Below are positions 40,085-50,486 of a stretch of 64,000 bases of DNA, in pieces. The stretch's first letter is position 1. Each line of letters starts with the position of its first letter. Both the position numbers and the translations under genes were made by a program. Below the pieces are notes generated by a model. The model had not been told where the DNA came from and did not search any database. It saw only the letters and a list, made by a program, of their open reading frames with translations. This stretch comes from Thermodesulfovibrionales bacterium (GTDB lineage Bacteria; Nitrospirota; Thermodesulfovibrionia; Thermodesulfovibrionales; SM23-35), in the NCBI GenBank assembly GCA_963715195.1, contig CAVQRT010000007.1, positions 64,001 through 128,000 of the forward strand, read 5' to 3'.

Positions 40085-40159
40085 TGTCATTCCGGCATGT
40101 CCGGAATCCTTCTTTAGGTTTGAAAGAATCAGAAAGATTCCCGACAAGCCGGAATGACA
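40085..40159. repeat. Complete REP-like palindromic element
   Basis: TGTCATTCCGGCATGTCCGGAATC...GATTCCCGACAAGCCGGAATGACA; 24-bp arms with 2 mismatches, each arm itself a small hairpin. Confidence 0.85.
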
Positions 40160-40246
40160 GCCTATGCAAGCATGTTGTGAACAAACAGGTATGACGCTAT
40201 CTCTGTTTCTTGGCCGTCTGCTGTTTACTGTCTTTTATTTCTTCCC

Positions 40247-40274
40247 TGCCTGCTGTCTACTGCATACTGTCTAC
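40247..40274. repeat. Heptamer tandem repeat at the argH stop
   Basis: tgcctgc tgtctac tgcatac tgtctac, reverse complement of the unit at 32162. Confidence 0.6.
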
Positions 40275-41653
40275 GTCTTTTTGTCTGCTGCCTTCTTGAG
40301 TTTTTTGATTTGTTTCCTGACTTCATCCGGTGAAGTGCCGCCATAGGACTTCTTGTTTCTCACAGATTCCTCCGGCTTCAGGAAAGAATAAATATCCGAT
40401 GAAATCCGCGGTGAAAAGGTACGAAGTTCTTGAACGGAAAGCTGTTCAAGCGGTTTTTTTCTTGTAATACATGAGAGAACGATCTTGCCGGTAATCTCGT
40501 GGGCCCGCCTAAACGGGATGCCTTTTTTTACGAGATACTCTGCAAGATCGGTTGCAGTTGCATACGCGTCCCCTGCGGTAGCTCTCATCCTTTCCGTGTG
40601 GAAGGTGATGCCCGGTAACATCTCATTGAGAACAATAAGACACGATTTAACCGTGTCAACAGTATCGAAAAGGGGCATTTTGTCCTCCTGGAGATCTCTG
40701 TTATAAGACAGCGGGAGACCTTTCATGACTGTCAGGAGAGATATTAAATTGCCATACACCCTACCTGTTTTGCCCCGGATCAGTTCTGCAATATCCGGAT
40801 TCTTTTTCTGGGGCATGATGCTTGATCCGGTCGTGAAGGCATCGGGAAGTTCTATAAATTTGAATTCCTCTGTTGACCACAGAATAAGTTCCTCCGCTAA
40901 TCGTGATAGATGCATGATAAGCAGGGCAGATGCCGACAGGAATTCAATCGCAAAGTCCCTGTCCGAAACCGCATCAATGCTGTTCCGGGATATGCCATTG
41001 AATCCGAGAAGTTGAGCAACGTATTCCCTATCGACGGGAAGCGTTGTTCCGGCAAGGGCACAGGAACCAAGCGGCATCTGATTCACCCTCGCGTGAACGG
41101 TTTTCATTCGTTCAACATCTCTCTCCAGCATTTCGAAATACGCAAGCAGATGATGGGATAAAAGCACGGGCTGAGCTCTCTGTAGATGGGTATACCCTGG
41201 CATGAGCGCGTTCAGGTGCTTTGATGCAGCATCAAGGATGGAAAGCTGCAATTGTTTGATGAGCGATGTGATTTCCTGTGTTTCACTTCTCAGATAGAGT
41301 CTGAGGTCGAGAGCCACCTGATCATTGCGGGACCTCGCTGTGTGGAGTTTGCGACCGGCATCACCGATTTTTCTGATGAGAGCAGTCTCTATGTTCATAT
41401 GGATATCCTCAAGGTCTTCCCTGAATATGAATTTCCCTGCTGCTATTTCATTCGCAATTTCATTGAGTCCCCTGACTGTTTTTTCGGCATCCTTTCGGGG
41501 AATAATCCCCTGTTTGCCGAGCATTTTGGCATGCGCAATGCTTCCCTGTATATCGTATTCCCACAGACGGTAATCGAAAGAGATGGACTCTGAGAAAGAC
41601 TCAGCGCTCTTTGAGGTTTTTTCCCTGAACCGTCCTGCCCACAGTTTTTTCAT
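40271..41653 (-). CDS. argH: Argininosuccinate lyase
   Basis: LWAGRF, HTARSRNDQ, GSSIMPQKKNPD. Confidence 0.98.
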   Translation of the reverse strand: MKKLWAGRFREKTSKSAESFSESISFDYRLWEYDIQGSIAHAKMLGKQGIIPRKDAEKTVRGLNEIANEIAAGKFIFREDLEDIHMNIETALIRKIGDAGRKLHTARSRNDQVALDLRLYLRSETQEITSLIKQLQLSILDAASKHLNALMPGYTHLQRAQPVLLSHHLLAYFEMLERDVERMKTVHARVNQMPLGSCALAGTTLPVDREYVAQLLGFNGISRNSIDAVSDRDFAIEFLSASALLIMHLSRLAEELILWSTEEFKFIELPDAFTTGSSIMPQKKNPDIAELIRGKTGRVYGNLISLLTVMKGLPLSYNRDLQEDKMPLFDTVDTVKSCLIVLNEMLPGITFHTERMRATAGDAYATATDLAEYLVKKGIPFRRAHEITGKIVLSCITRKKPLEQLSVQELRTFSPRISSDIYSFLKPEESVRNKKSYGGTSPDEVRKQIKKLKKAADKKT

Positions 41654-41681
41654 ATTAGCAGTGAACTAATTTCTCATCGTC

Positions 41682-41750
41682 GTCCTTATCCGGCTTAACC
41701 GGATAATCCAGTATTTTTCTCTGGATGCTCCGATCAAGTCGGAGCATGAC
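41682..41750. repeat. REP-like palindromic element (variant)
   Basis: atccggcttaaccggataatccag...ctggatgctccgatcaagtcggagcatgac. Confidence 0.65.
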
Positions 41751-41860
41751 ATGTTTTATCTATTCATTTGCTTAAGTCGTAATAATAATAAAGGTCATGG
41801 AGAAGACTGTCAAGAAAATAGAGCGGTTATCGTCGCGAGCAAAGCCAGCCAATCTCTGCA

Positions 41861-42766
41861 TTATTCAGTATCATTCGCGAGCTTCAGAATGACACTCAGC
41901 ACTGCCTTCGTAACATTAGTGATAAACGCAAAGTCGAGGGTTTCAAATCTGTCATGATAAGTATGATAGTGAGGATTTCTGAACATGGCTGTGTCTGTCA
42001 GCATGAGTGCCGGATACCCTGCGTTCCAGAATGAGGCATGGTCGCTGAAACGCGTCTCAGGGATAAATCGACCCGACAGAGGAACCTTGTACGGGACTGT
42101 AATAAGTTCAGGGACATATTCACGGGAGATTCTGTGAAAGGCATCCATGACGGCTTTCGACCTGTTGTTTGCAATCACGCCAAGAAAAGTGCCTTTTTTC
42201 GGCACGGTAGCTCTCACCAGGAGAGGTACAATCTGACCGCCTTCTCCTTCATCGGTATATCCGACCGACTCAAGAATGAGAACGGCCTGGTATGAAATAT
42301 TTGATCTCTTTGCCTCCCGTGCAAAGGTCTCGCTGCCGATCAAAAAATGAATCGTCTGCGGCTGGGGTTCTTCAAGGGTAAAAGCTGCAAATTCTACTGT
42401 TCTGCCCAATTCCTGTCTGCTGAGGATCTCTGCTGCCTCGAGGAGAACTGCAACCCCGCTTGCATTATCATCTGCACCGGGACTGCCCCAGGCGGCATCA
42501 TAATGGGCACCCAAAAGAATCCGTTCTTTGACCTTATATGTGCCCTCCAGCGTAGCAATTATGTTCCGGTAAGATCGTTCGTGGAAGAGGACTTCCTGGT
42601 TTTTGACAGAGCACTGAAAAGATTTGAAAGTGTCTTCAATGAATCTTGCTTTTTTCTCCAGCTCATCATAGTTGTCCCACCCATGCCGTAATCCTTCTAT
42701 TTTTTTGATATACCCTTGAAGGCGTTCTGTGCTGACTTGTGAAATGATCTCGTTAATGTATGACAT
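41861..42766 (-). CDS. M28 family metallopeptidase
   Basis: GAHYD, PGADDNASG, EE, SDHASFW..GYPALM.TDTA.FRNPHYH. Confidence 0.88.
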   Translation of the reverse strand: MSYINEIISQVSTERLQGYIKKIEGLRHGWDNYDELEKKARFIEDTFKSFQCSVKNQEVLFHERSYRNIIATLEGTYKVKERILLGAHYDAAWGSPGADDNASGVAVLLEAAEILSRQELGRTVEFAAFTLEEPQPQTIHFLIGSETFAREAKRSNISYQAVLILESVGYTDEGEGGQIVPLLVRATVPKKGTFLGVIANNRSKAVMDAFHRISREYVPELITVPYKVPLSGRFIPETRFSDHASFWNAGYPALMLTDTAMFRNPHYHTYHDRFETLDFAFITNVTKAVLSVILKLANDTE

Positions 42767-42826
42767 AAGTATTCAAACACAATCATCTGTATGTCATATG
42801 GTGATTGATGTTAAGATGACTGCTTA

Positions 42827-45457
42827 TTAAGATAGGGTTTTCCTGATAATTTCGTATAAAGATTCGAGAGCGGTGTTCAGCTTTTCAATATCCTTTGTGC
42901 CGCCCTGAGCTAATTCAGGTTTTCCCCCGCCTTTTCCTCCTGCCTTCGCAGAAATGTCCCTGACAATATCACCCGCGTTATATTTTGCCGTCAGATCCCT
43001 CGTCACCATGCAGAGAATCGCTGCGTTTCCATTATTTACCGATACAGCAACGATGATGCCTGACTTAAGGCGGTCTCTGATGTTGTCTGAGAAGAGGCGA
43101 AGTTCATTGGGATTGAGGCCGTCCTGACGTATTTTTACGACTTTAACGCCGTTCAGATCACGAGACTCGTTCAGCGCATTTGCTATTGTATCTCCCGGAG
43201 AGCAGGTCTTCAATTTCTGGATCTCTTTCTCCATGGATTTTGTATCACTAATAAGTTTTTCTATTCTTTCGAGCGGTGCATCTGTCTTCAGGATATGCTT
43301 AATCGTTTCCATTTCGGATCTTTTGCTTCTCAGATAACCGAAAGCTCCGGTTCCGGTAAGTGCCTCGATCCTGCGAATACCGGAGGCCACGCTTCCCTCG
43401 GATAAGATAACAAAGATACCGATTTGTCCGGTCGAGGTGCAGTGAGTACCCCCGCATAATTCAGCGCTGACGCCCGGAACTTTAACTACCCTTACGGTTT
43501 CTCCGTATTTTTCTCCGAACAGAGCAATGACGCCGGATCTAAGGGCATCCTGAATATCGGTTACTTCTGTCGTTACCTTGATATCCTCCAGAATCTTCTG
43601 ATTCACAAAATCCTCGATTTCATCCATTTCCCTCTTTTCGATCTGTGAGAAATGGGAGAAATCAAACCTCAGCCTTTCGGGTGTTACATATGAACCGGCC
43701 TGTTTTACATGGTCTCCGATCACCGTCCTTAGGGCTGTATGCAGAAGATGGGTTGCGGTATGATTTCTTGCTGTTGAGATTCTCTTTCCATCGTCAACAA
43801 GACAACGGACGGTATCCCAAATATTTATCTGGCCGCATTTAATCTCGACGATATGGACATGGAGACCAGCCTCCTTTTTTGTATGCAATACGACAACATC
43901 GGCATTCTCTGAGGTGAGTTTGCCGGTATCGCCAACCTGTCCACCGGATTCTCCGTAAAAAGGTGTTTTGTCGAGTATCAGTTCAACGGTATCCCCCTTT
44001 CTTGCCTCCTTTATGATTTTCTTATCTTTTAAGAGTGCCTTTATTGTTGATTCGGATTCGAGGGTGTCATACCCAATAAAATAGGTCTTACCTATCTCGG
44101 CTTCGAGTTCGTGGTAGATTGATGCAACTGCCTCTTCTTCACCAACCCAGGAAGCACGTGCACGTTCTCTCTGGACTTCCATTTCCCTGTGGAAGCCGAC
44201 CTCATCGATAACCAGTCCGTTGTCCGCTGCCATATCACGGGCAAGATCCAGGGGAAATCCGAAGGTATCATATAACCTGAACAGTTCACCTCCCGGGATA
44301 ACATTGCCGCCGGACCTTTTTACAGTATCCATAGTCTCATCCAGGATTTTCATGCCCTGTTCAAGGGTACGGGAAAATCTCTCTTCTTCGAAAAGAAGTA
44401 ATTTTGAAGCGCTGTCTTTCTCATGGATAAGCTCTGGATAAACATTTCCCATTGCATCGGCGACGGAGGCGACAAGACGGTACAGAAAAGGGCCGTCGAT
44501 ACCGAGAAGTTTTGCATGGCGAGAGGCCCTTCGTATAATCCGTCTCATCACATATCCTCTCCCTTCATTTGAGGGCATGAGCCCTTCACACAGGAGGAAA
44601 GATATTGCCCGTGTGTGATCGGCGATGACTTTTATGGAAACATCCCTTTGCCTATTCTGTCCGTATTCAACCCCTGAAAATGCCTGAATTGAAGAGATGA
44701 TGGGTGAAAAGATGTCCGTGTCAAAATTGGTCCCTTTCTTCTGCAGAACCGCTGAAATTCTTTCGAGACCCATTCCCGTATCAATGCTTGGTTTCGGAAG
44801 CGGTGTGAGTGTACCGGATTCATCCCTGTTGAACTGCATGAAAACGAGATTCCAGAGTTCCAGATATCTGTCACAGTCGCATCCCACACTGCAGCCCGAT
44901 TTTCCGCATCCAAAATCCTCTCCCTGGTCTATGATGATTTCAGAGCATGGCCCGCACGGACCGGTATCACCCATTTGCCAGAAATTGTCCTTTGCCCCGA
45001 GTCTGATAATTCTCTCTCCCGGAATCCCGATGAGATCAGACCACAGTGCTGCAGCTTCATCGTCTTCTTCATACACCGATACGTAAAGATCATCTTTCGG
45101 GAGTCCGAACTGATCAGTCAACAACTCCCATGCAAAGAGCATAGCATCCTTCTTGAAATAGTCACCGAACGAAAAGTTCCCGAGCATCTCGAAAAACGTG
45201 TGATGGCGGGCAGTATGTCCCACATTCTCGATATCACTGTGTTTCCCGCCCGCTCTCATGCACTTCTGGCATGAGACGGCTCTGGTATAGGGTCGCCGTT
45301 CTTCTCCAAGGAATGTGGATTTGAACTGGACCATTCCTGCATTGACGAAGAGCAGCGTGGGGTCGTGCCGGGGGAGGAGAGGGGAGCTTTGAACGATTGT
45401 GTGATCCCTCGCCTTAAAATATTCCAGGAATGCGGACCTGATATCGAAACTTTTCAC
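42827..45457 (-). CDS. alaS: Alanine--tRNA ligase
   Basis: NAGMVQFK, HHTFFEMLGNFS, HTATHLL, ELCGGTH, GKGGGK. Confidence 0.98.
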   Translation of the reverse strand: MKSFDIRSAFLEYFKARDHTIVQSSPLLPRHDPTLLFVNAGMVQFKSTFLGEERRPYTRAVSCQKCMRAGGKHSDIENVGHTARHHTFFEMLGNFSFGDYFKKDAMLFAWELLTDQFGLPKDDLYVSVYEEDDEAAALWSDLIGIPGERIIRLGAKDNFWQMGDTGPCGPCSEIIIDQGEDFGCGKSGCSVGCDCDRYLELWNLVFMQFNRDESGTLTPLPKPSIDTGMGLERISAVLQKKGTNFDTDIFSPIISSIQAFSGVEYGQNRQRDVSIKVIADHTRAISFLLCEGLMPSNEGRGYVMRRIIRRASRHAKLLGIDGPFLYRLVASVADAMGNVYPELIHEKDSASKLLLFEEERFSRTLEQGMKILDETMDTVKRSGGNVIPGGELFRLYDTFGFPLDLARDMAADNGLVIDEVGFHREMEVQRERARASWVGEEEAVASIYHELEAEIGKTYFIGYDTLESESTIKALLKDKKIIKEARKGDTVELILDKTPFYGESGGQVGDTGKLTSENADVVVLHTKKEAGLHVHIVEIKCGQINIWDTVRCLVDDGKRISTARNHTATHLLHTALRTVIGDHVKQAGSYVTPERLRFDFSHFSQIEKREMDEIEDFVNQKILEDIKVTTEVTDIQDALRSGVIALFGEKYGETVRVVKVPGVSAELCGGTHCTSTGQIGIFVILSEGSVASGIRRIEALTGTGAFGYLRSKRSEMETIKHILKTDAPLERIEKLISDTKSMEKEIQKLKTCSPGDTIANALNESRDLNGVKVVKIRQDGLNPNELRLFSDNIRDRLKSGIIVAVSVNNGNAAILCMVTRDLTAKYNAGDIVRDISAKAGGKGGGKPELAQGGTKDIEKLNTALESLYEIIRKTLS

Positions 45458-45496
45458 GAATGTTTTATGAGTAGTAGTGCAAAAGTACCTGCCAGA

Positions 45497-45817
45497 TTAT
45501 TTGACATAGAGCAATCTTCCCTCATAGAAGAAGAGGATTTTTGTACCAAGTACCCCCATGGTGCCCTGTTCAGTATAAATCCATTCCTCCCTTGATCTGC
45601 CTTCATATGGTTCGAGGATTTTACTGGAATCAGGCGCCCCCCATGCATACCGAACCTGGTTCTTGGACATGCCGAGATCGACGGTTCCTGTACGTATCTG
45701 CTCCTGGATGTCGGCAGGATAATCTCTTATTTCATCCTCTGTGTACCGGATGGTTTTGGTACATCCGACTGCTGTAATACAGAAAAGTGCAACCATGATG
45801 AAAACAACCTTTTTCAT
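45497..45817 (-). CDS. Small lipoprotein (BamE/SmpA-like fold)
   Basis: Lipobox AVGC, LGMSKNQV..AWG.P, EEWIY. Confidence 0.65.
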   Translation of the reverse strand: MKKVVFIMVALFCITAVGCTKTIRYTEDEIRDYPADIQEQIRTGTVDLGMSKNQVRYAWGAPDSSKILEPYEGRSREEWIYTEQGTMGVLGTKILFFYEGRLLYVK

Positions 45818-46284
45818 AACTCCTCCTTTCCAATTTTATCCTTTAATACCTTCATGATTGTCCCGGCAGAATATCCTCTCCGCAGGAGGAGATTGTACAG
45901 CCTCCGCTTTGCAATTCCTGGAGGATACTTTCCGAGAATCCTGAGCTTTTTATCGGCTAAACGCGATGCATTTTCACAATCGGTATTTTCAGAATTGCTG
46001 AATATGGAATCAACGATACTTTTCGGAACTCCTCGCCTCAGAATGAAAATTCGTGCACCGGACTGACTGAGCATCCTGTTCGTTAATGCCTCTCTTTTCA
46101 GCGTTTCAGCAAGCACATAGTCATCGAGAAATCCGGAATCTTTCAAATAGTGGATGGTTGTGGAAATAGCATGCGCTGAGACGCCCTTTTTTCGTAACCG
46201 TTCCTCCATCTCTCTTTCGCTCCTCCCCTTGTAGCTGAGGAGTTTCAGAGCATATTGTTTCGCCTTAGAGTCCAAACCGGTCAA
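45814..46284 (-). CDS. recX: Regulatory protein RecX
   Basis: ALKLLS...RSE.E...RL, LDD, L.RRGY; in the recA operon. Confidence 0.88.
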   Translation of the reverse strand: MTGLDSKAKQYALKLLSYKGRSEREMEERLRKKGVSAHAISTTIHYLKDSGFLDDYVLAETLKREALTNRMLSQSGARIFILRRGVPKSIVDSIFSNSENTDCENASRLADKKLRILGKYPPGIAKRRLYNLLLRRGYSAGTIMKVLKDKIGKEEL

Positions 46285-47437
46285 AATTCATCTTGTCCTC
46301 GTCATCAGGATTATTCGGCTTATCCGGCCGGAAGGAGAGTTGCTCCTCGATGCTCAGGTCGCTCGTTGACTGGATGCCTTTCACTTTGAGGACAAAATCA
46401 TCCGGATTGGTTGCCCTCCTGAGCGCTTCTTCATAGGTAATAAGTCCTGCTTTATAAAGGTTGAGAAGAGATTGGTCGAAGGTCTGCATGTTGTAATGGA
46501 TCGCACTCTGCTCGATCATGTCCTGAATCAATTTTGTTTTATCAGGGTCAACGATACAGTCCTTTATCATGGCAGTTGCAATAAGGATCTCGACAGCGGG
46601 GACTCTACCCTTGCCGTCAGCCCTCGGCATAAGTCTCATCGAGATGATAGCCCGCAGCACGGCGGAGAGTTGCAGGCGAACCTGTTTGTGCTGATAGGGG
46701 GGAAACACGGTGATGATCCGGTTGATCGTTTCGATAGCGTCTATGGTGTGCAAGGTGCTGAGGACAAGATGTCCTGTCTCAGCGGCAACGAGCGATGTTT
46801 GGATGGTTTCAAAATCACGCATCTCACCGACGAGTATGACGTCAGGATCCTGCCTGAGAGCCTGTCTCAAGGCTTTGCCGAATGACTCGGTGTCGGTCCC
46901 GATTTCCCGCTGATTGATGATGCTCTTTTTGTCCCGGTGCAGGTACTCTATGGGGTCTTCGATCGTTATAATATGTTCGGTCCGGTTAGAATTAATGAGA
47001 TCTATCATGGAGGCAAGGGTTGTCGATTTCCCGCTGCCCGTTGTTCCGGTAACAAGAATAAGACCCCTTGGTTCAGCGGAAATCTTTTTGATCACTTCAG
47101 GGAGCAGCAACTCGTCAATGGATGGTATCCTTGTAGGAATGACCCTGAAAACAATCCCGACCGTTCCTCTCTGCATGAAGACATTACATCGGAATCTTCC
47201 GAGACCGGGGACACCGTATGCAAGATCGATATCATACTTCTTTTTGAAAATCTCTGCCTGTCCGGGGGTCATCACCGATAAGGCAATATTCATGGCGTCT
47301 TCGTGGCTTACTTTTTTCTCGGATGCGAGGGGAGTCAGTTCTCCGAAAATTCTCAAGATGGGAGGCGATCCCGCCTTAATGTGCAGGTCAGATGCATCCA
47401 GAGAATGTGCCTTCTGCAACAATTCATTGATATCCAT
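46265..47437 (-). CDS. pilT: PilT/PilU-family type IV pilus ATPase
   Basis: ASDLH, GTTGSGKST, TIEDPIE, LRQDPDVILVGEMRD, MQTFDQSL. Lacks the AIRNLIRE motif. Confidence 0.85.
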   Translation of the reverse strand: MDINELLQKAHSLDASDLHIKAGSPPILRIFGELTPLASEKKVSHEDAMNIALSVMTPGQAEIFKKKYDIDLAYGVPGLGRFRCNVFMQRGTVGIVFRVIPTRIPSIDELLLPEVIKKISAEPRGLILVTGTTGSGKSTTLASMIDLINSNRTEHIITIEDPIEYLHRDKKSIINQREIGTDTESFGKALRQALRQDPDVILVGEMRDFETIQTSLVAAETGHLVLSTLHTIDAIETINRIITVFPPYQHKQVRLQLSAVLRAIISMRLMPRADGKGRVPAVEILIATAMIKDCIVDPDKTKLIQDMIEQSAIHYNMQTFDQSLLNLYKAGLITYEEALRRATNPDDFVLKVKGIQSTSDLSIEEQLSFRPDKPNNPDDEDKMNFDRFGL

Positions 47438-47439
47438 GG

Positions 47440-48438
47440 TTACCTCCCTGCCTTAACAGATTCTGTGATCCTGTTTTCGATCTCTTGTGAAGTCTCGGGA
47501 TTTTGCTTGAGATACTCCTTCGCGTTTTCCCTGCCCTGTCCGATTCTATTGCCTCCGTAACTGTACCACGCTCCTGCTTTGTCAATAATTCCCTTTTCTA
47601 CGCCGAGATCTACAATCTCTCCAACCTTTGAAATCCCCTGGTTGAAATAGATATCGAATTCAGCCTGTTTAAACGGCGGGGCAACTTTGTTCTTGACGAC
47701 CTTAACCCGCACCCTGCTGCCGATGGTTTCCTGATTTTCTTTCAGGTTTTCTATTCTTCTGATGTCAAGCCTCATCGAAGAGTAGAACTTCAGTGCTGTT
47801 CCGCCGGAGGTAGTTTCGGGACTTCCAAACATAACGCCTATTTTCATCCGTATCTGATTGATAAAGATAACGGTTGTCATGGATTTTGATATGGCTGCAG
47901 TCAGTTTTCTGAGCGCCTGGCTCATGAGGCGTGCCTGAAGTCCCGGCAGTGAATCACCCATGTCACCTTCTATTTCTGCTCTGGGAACAAGTGCAGCTAC
48001 GGAGTCGATCGCAATGATATCAACGGCTCCGCTCCTTACGAGGACTTCTGCAACTTCGAGCGCCTGTTCACCGGTATCCGGTTGTGAAACGAGCAGATCC
48101 TCTATGTGTACGCCCAGTTTCCGTGCGTATGTCACATCTAAAGCATGCTCGGCATCGATAAAGGCTGCAGTGCCACCTTGTGCCTGGGCCTGTGCTATGG
48201 CGCCCAGGGCAAGGGTGGTTTTGCCCGATGACTCAGGACCAAAAATCTCTATGACCCGTCCTCTGGGAAATCCGCCGATACCCGTAGCGATATCGAGTGT
48301 CAGTGAGCCGGTAGGAATTATCTGAAGGCCTTCCGCAACTCCTTCTGATCCGAGGCGCATGATCGCACCTTTCCCGAAGTTCTTTTCTATCTGGGTGATT
48401 GCGACTTCAAGTGCCCTGACTTTGTCTTTCGTTGTCAT
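47440..48438 (-). CDS. recA: Recombinase RecA
   Basis: [28 protein letters not shown]. Confidence 0.99.
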   Translation of the reverse strand: MTTKDKVRALEVAITQIEKNFGKGAIMRLGSEGVAEGLQIIPTGSLTLDIATGIGGFPRGRVIEIFGPESSGKTTLALGAIAQAQAQGGTAAFIDAEHALDVTYARKLGVHIEDLLVSQPDTGEQALEVAEVLVRSGAVDIIAIDSVAALVPRAEIEGDMGDSLPGLQARLMSQALRKLTAAISKSMTTVIFINQIRMKIGVMFGSPETTSGGTALKFYSSMRLDIRRIENLKENQETIGSRVRVKVVKNKVAPPFKQAEFDIYFNQGISKVGEIVDLGVEKGIIDKAGAWYSYGGNRIGQGRENAKEYLKQNPETSQEIENRITESVKAGR

Positions 48439-48489
48439 GTTTCCTCCGTATCTGCGATGTGTTCCTGAGCGTATATTGATTCTGCATGT

Positions 48490-49065
48490 TCAGACTGAAT
48501 CTCTCATACCTAACGGTATGGTATACAAACAGGTATATTCTGCCCCTTTGGGTTTTAATTCACTTTTCATCAGCTTCACCTGATCGACAAGAAAATCTCC
48601 AAATCGTTTATCACGAAAGAGCGAGAGTTCCTTCACGAGCGAAATCATCCCCCTTTGAGACCTGACCCTCCCGAGTGTAAGGTGTGGGCTAAATACCTTG
48701 TCGTCCCGCTGAAACCCGAGCAGAGAGAGTGTGCTTTCGATGCGGTCTCTCAGTGCTTTCAGAAGATCGGAGTCGACGATACCGATCCACAGCACCCGGG
48801 GGTGTTTCTCGCCCGGGAATACTCCCGTGCTCTGTATAGTAATATAAAACGGCTCATATGATGACACAATGGGAAGGAGAGATTCCCGGATTTCTGTGAC
48901 CAGAGTTTCAGGCGTTGAACCAAGGAACTTGAGTGTTAAGTGCATATTATCCGGTTTTATCCATTTCATATCAGCATCATGCTTGTTCAGCATGTTCATG
49001 AGTTCACCAATTTCTCTCTTTATCGGTTCCGGAATATCGATTGCTATGAAAAGCCTCAGATTCAT
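48490..49065 (-). CDS. thpR: RNA 2',3'-cyclic phosphodiesterase (2H family)
   Basis: RLFIAI, HLTLKFLG, PHLTLGR. Confidence 0.92.
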   Translation of the reverse strand: MNLRLFIAIDIPEPIKREIGELMNMLNKHDADMKWIKPDNMHLTLKFLGSTPETLVTEIRESLLPIVSSYEPFYITIQSTGVFPGEKHPRVLWIGIVDSDLLKALRDRIESTLSLLGFQRDDKVFSPHLTLGRVRSQRGMISLVKELSLFRDKRFGDFLVDQVKLMKSELKPKGAEYTCLYTIPLGMRDSV

Positions 49066-49532
49066 CAGGAAAGAGATACAATGCCGGGAATTACCAACAA
49101 CAGTATCTGCAGAATTATATTGGTATATACGCCTGCCATAAGATCGTCCGCCATAATTCCAATTCCTCCGCTCAGAGAGGATTCCATGGTGCGAATCGGA
49201 AACGGTTTTAGTATATCGAAAAGTCTGAATAAAAAAAAGGCTGTAAGTGAGGAGCTTACGCTGAAGGGAATCAGGAATACAGAGAGGAAATATCCGCAGA
49301 ACTCATCAATGACGATATGTCTGCTGTCTTTGTCGTCGAGGAGCACTTCAGCCCGGTGAGCGGACAATATCCCGACCGGTATGATGATTAGCAATATCAG
49401 CAGATGGAGAACGGTGGACGGCTGAAGAAGCATAAAAATCAGAAAGGCGGCGACTGTTCCAAACGTGCCAGGAGCGTGCGGAAGATAACCGATAAAACCG
49501 AGCGTCGCGGTATATTTTATAATGCTGTCCAT
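49065..49532 (-). CDS. pgpA: Phosphatidylglycerophosphatase A
   Basis: APGTFGT, IVIDE, FRLFDILKPFPI, DDL.AG. Confidence 0.93.
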   Translation of the reverse strand: MDSIIKYTATLGFIGYLPHAPGTFGTVAAFLIFMLLQPSTVLHLLILLIIIPVGILSAHRAEVLLDDKDSRHIVIDEFCGYFLSVFLIPFSVSSSLTAFFLFRLFDILKPFPIRTMESSLSGGIGIMADDLMAGVYTNIILQILLLVIPGIVSLS

Positions 49533-49537
49533 TCATC

Positions 49538-49566
49538 ACTTTAGGGAATCTCATGTATTTTGTCAA
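49538..49566 (-). promoter_or_regulatory. Sigma70 promoter of the pgpA-thpR-recA operon, probably leaderless
   Basis: TTGACA-N17-TAAAGT, 5 nt before the pgpA ATG. Confidence 0.65.
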
Positions 49567-49695
49567 GAAAACTGCATATTATCTGGATATTAATGTTTTT
49601 TATTGAAAGTACCTCGTTAATACCATATCATAATGACAGTGTATGAAACGCAAATCATCCGGGTGAAACGGACCGGAAACGGGAGAATCCTCTCT

Positions 49696-50286
49696 ATGGA
49701 TGCTTTGATACTGGCTGGTGGAGAGAATACCAGAATACCTGTACCAAAAGGTTTTTTGCTCATACAGGGGCAGCACGTAATCGACCGGAATATCAGTCTT
49801 TTCAGGAATATCTTCGGCAGAATTATTATCAGTACAAATGCACCGGAACTCTATTTCTACACCGGTGGCATGCTGGTTGGTGATATCCTTCCACAGAAAG
49901 GTCCTATGACGGGTATTTATTCGGCACTGACAGTTCCCGGAGTCATAGCGGTTTTTGTCTCTGCATGTGATATGCCCTTTATAAATGTTATACTTATCCA
50001 GTATCTTATCGGGCAATGGAAATTCGGAATAGATGCGGTTATTCCTGTTTACCGGAATAAACCTGAGCCGCTTTTCGGTATCTATTCCAGTAATATTACC
50101 GGAATCATGGAAGAAAGCATCAGGAACGGTCAGATGAGTTTGCAGAACTTTCTCGGCAGAATTAATGTTCTGTATATTGACGAGGAAGACGTGAGACGCA
50201 GGGATCCGGAAGGGAGATCCTTTGTGAATATCAATACTCTGGAAGATTACCAGAAAGAGACAGGAGGAAAGGAATGTTTGGGTTAG
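49696..50286 (+). CDS. mobA: Molybdenum cofactor guanylyltransferase
   Basis: ILAGG, GPMTGI, ACDMP, EPL, F.NINT; RBS gggaga before 49696. Confidence 0.88.
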   Translation: MDALILAGGENTRIPVPKGFLLIQGQHVIDRNISLFRNIFGRIIISTNAPELYFYTGGMLVGDILPQKGPMTGIYSALTVPGVIAVFVSACDMPFINVILIQYLIGQWKFGIDAVIPVYRNKPEPLFGIYSSNITGIMEESIRNGQMSLQNFLGRINVLYIDEEDVRRRDPEGRSFVNINTLEDYQKETGGKECLG

Positions 50287-50486
50287 GAACGCAGGAGTTG
50301 ATAATCATTTTGGTTATCATTATTGTTCTCTTCGGTGCGACACGGCTCCCGCAGATCGGAAGCGGAATAGGCCAAGCCATCAAAAACTTCAAGAAGAGCG
50401 TCCGTGAGGGTGAAGAAATCGATGTCACTCCGGACAAGGAAACAAAAGACAAGAAAAAAGAAACAATAGAAAAAGAAGGTGATTAG
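50274..50486 (+). CDS. tatA: Twin-arginine translocase TatA/TatE subunit
   Basis: MFGLGTQELIIIL...LFGA.RLP..G..IG.AIKNFK. Confidence 0.93.
   Translation: MFGLGTQELIIILVIIIVLFGATRLPQIGSGIGQAIKNFKKSVREGEEIDVTPDKETKDKKKETIEKEGD

Noticed and set aside
40070..40147. N-terminal extension of the FN3 lipoprotein
   Set aside because: Derived from the REP-like element.
48439..48492. LexA box upstream of recA
   Set aside because: Two GTTC tetramers are 23 nt apart and match no LexA spacing I know.
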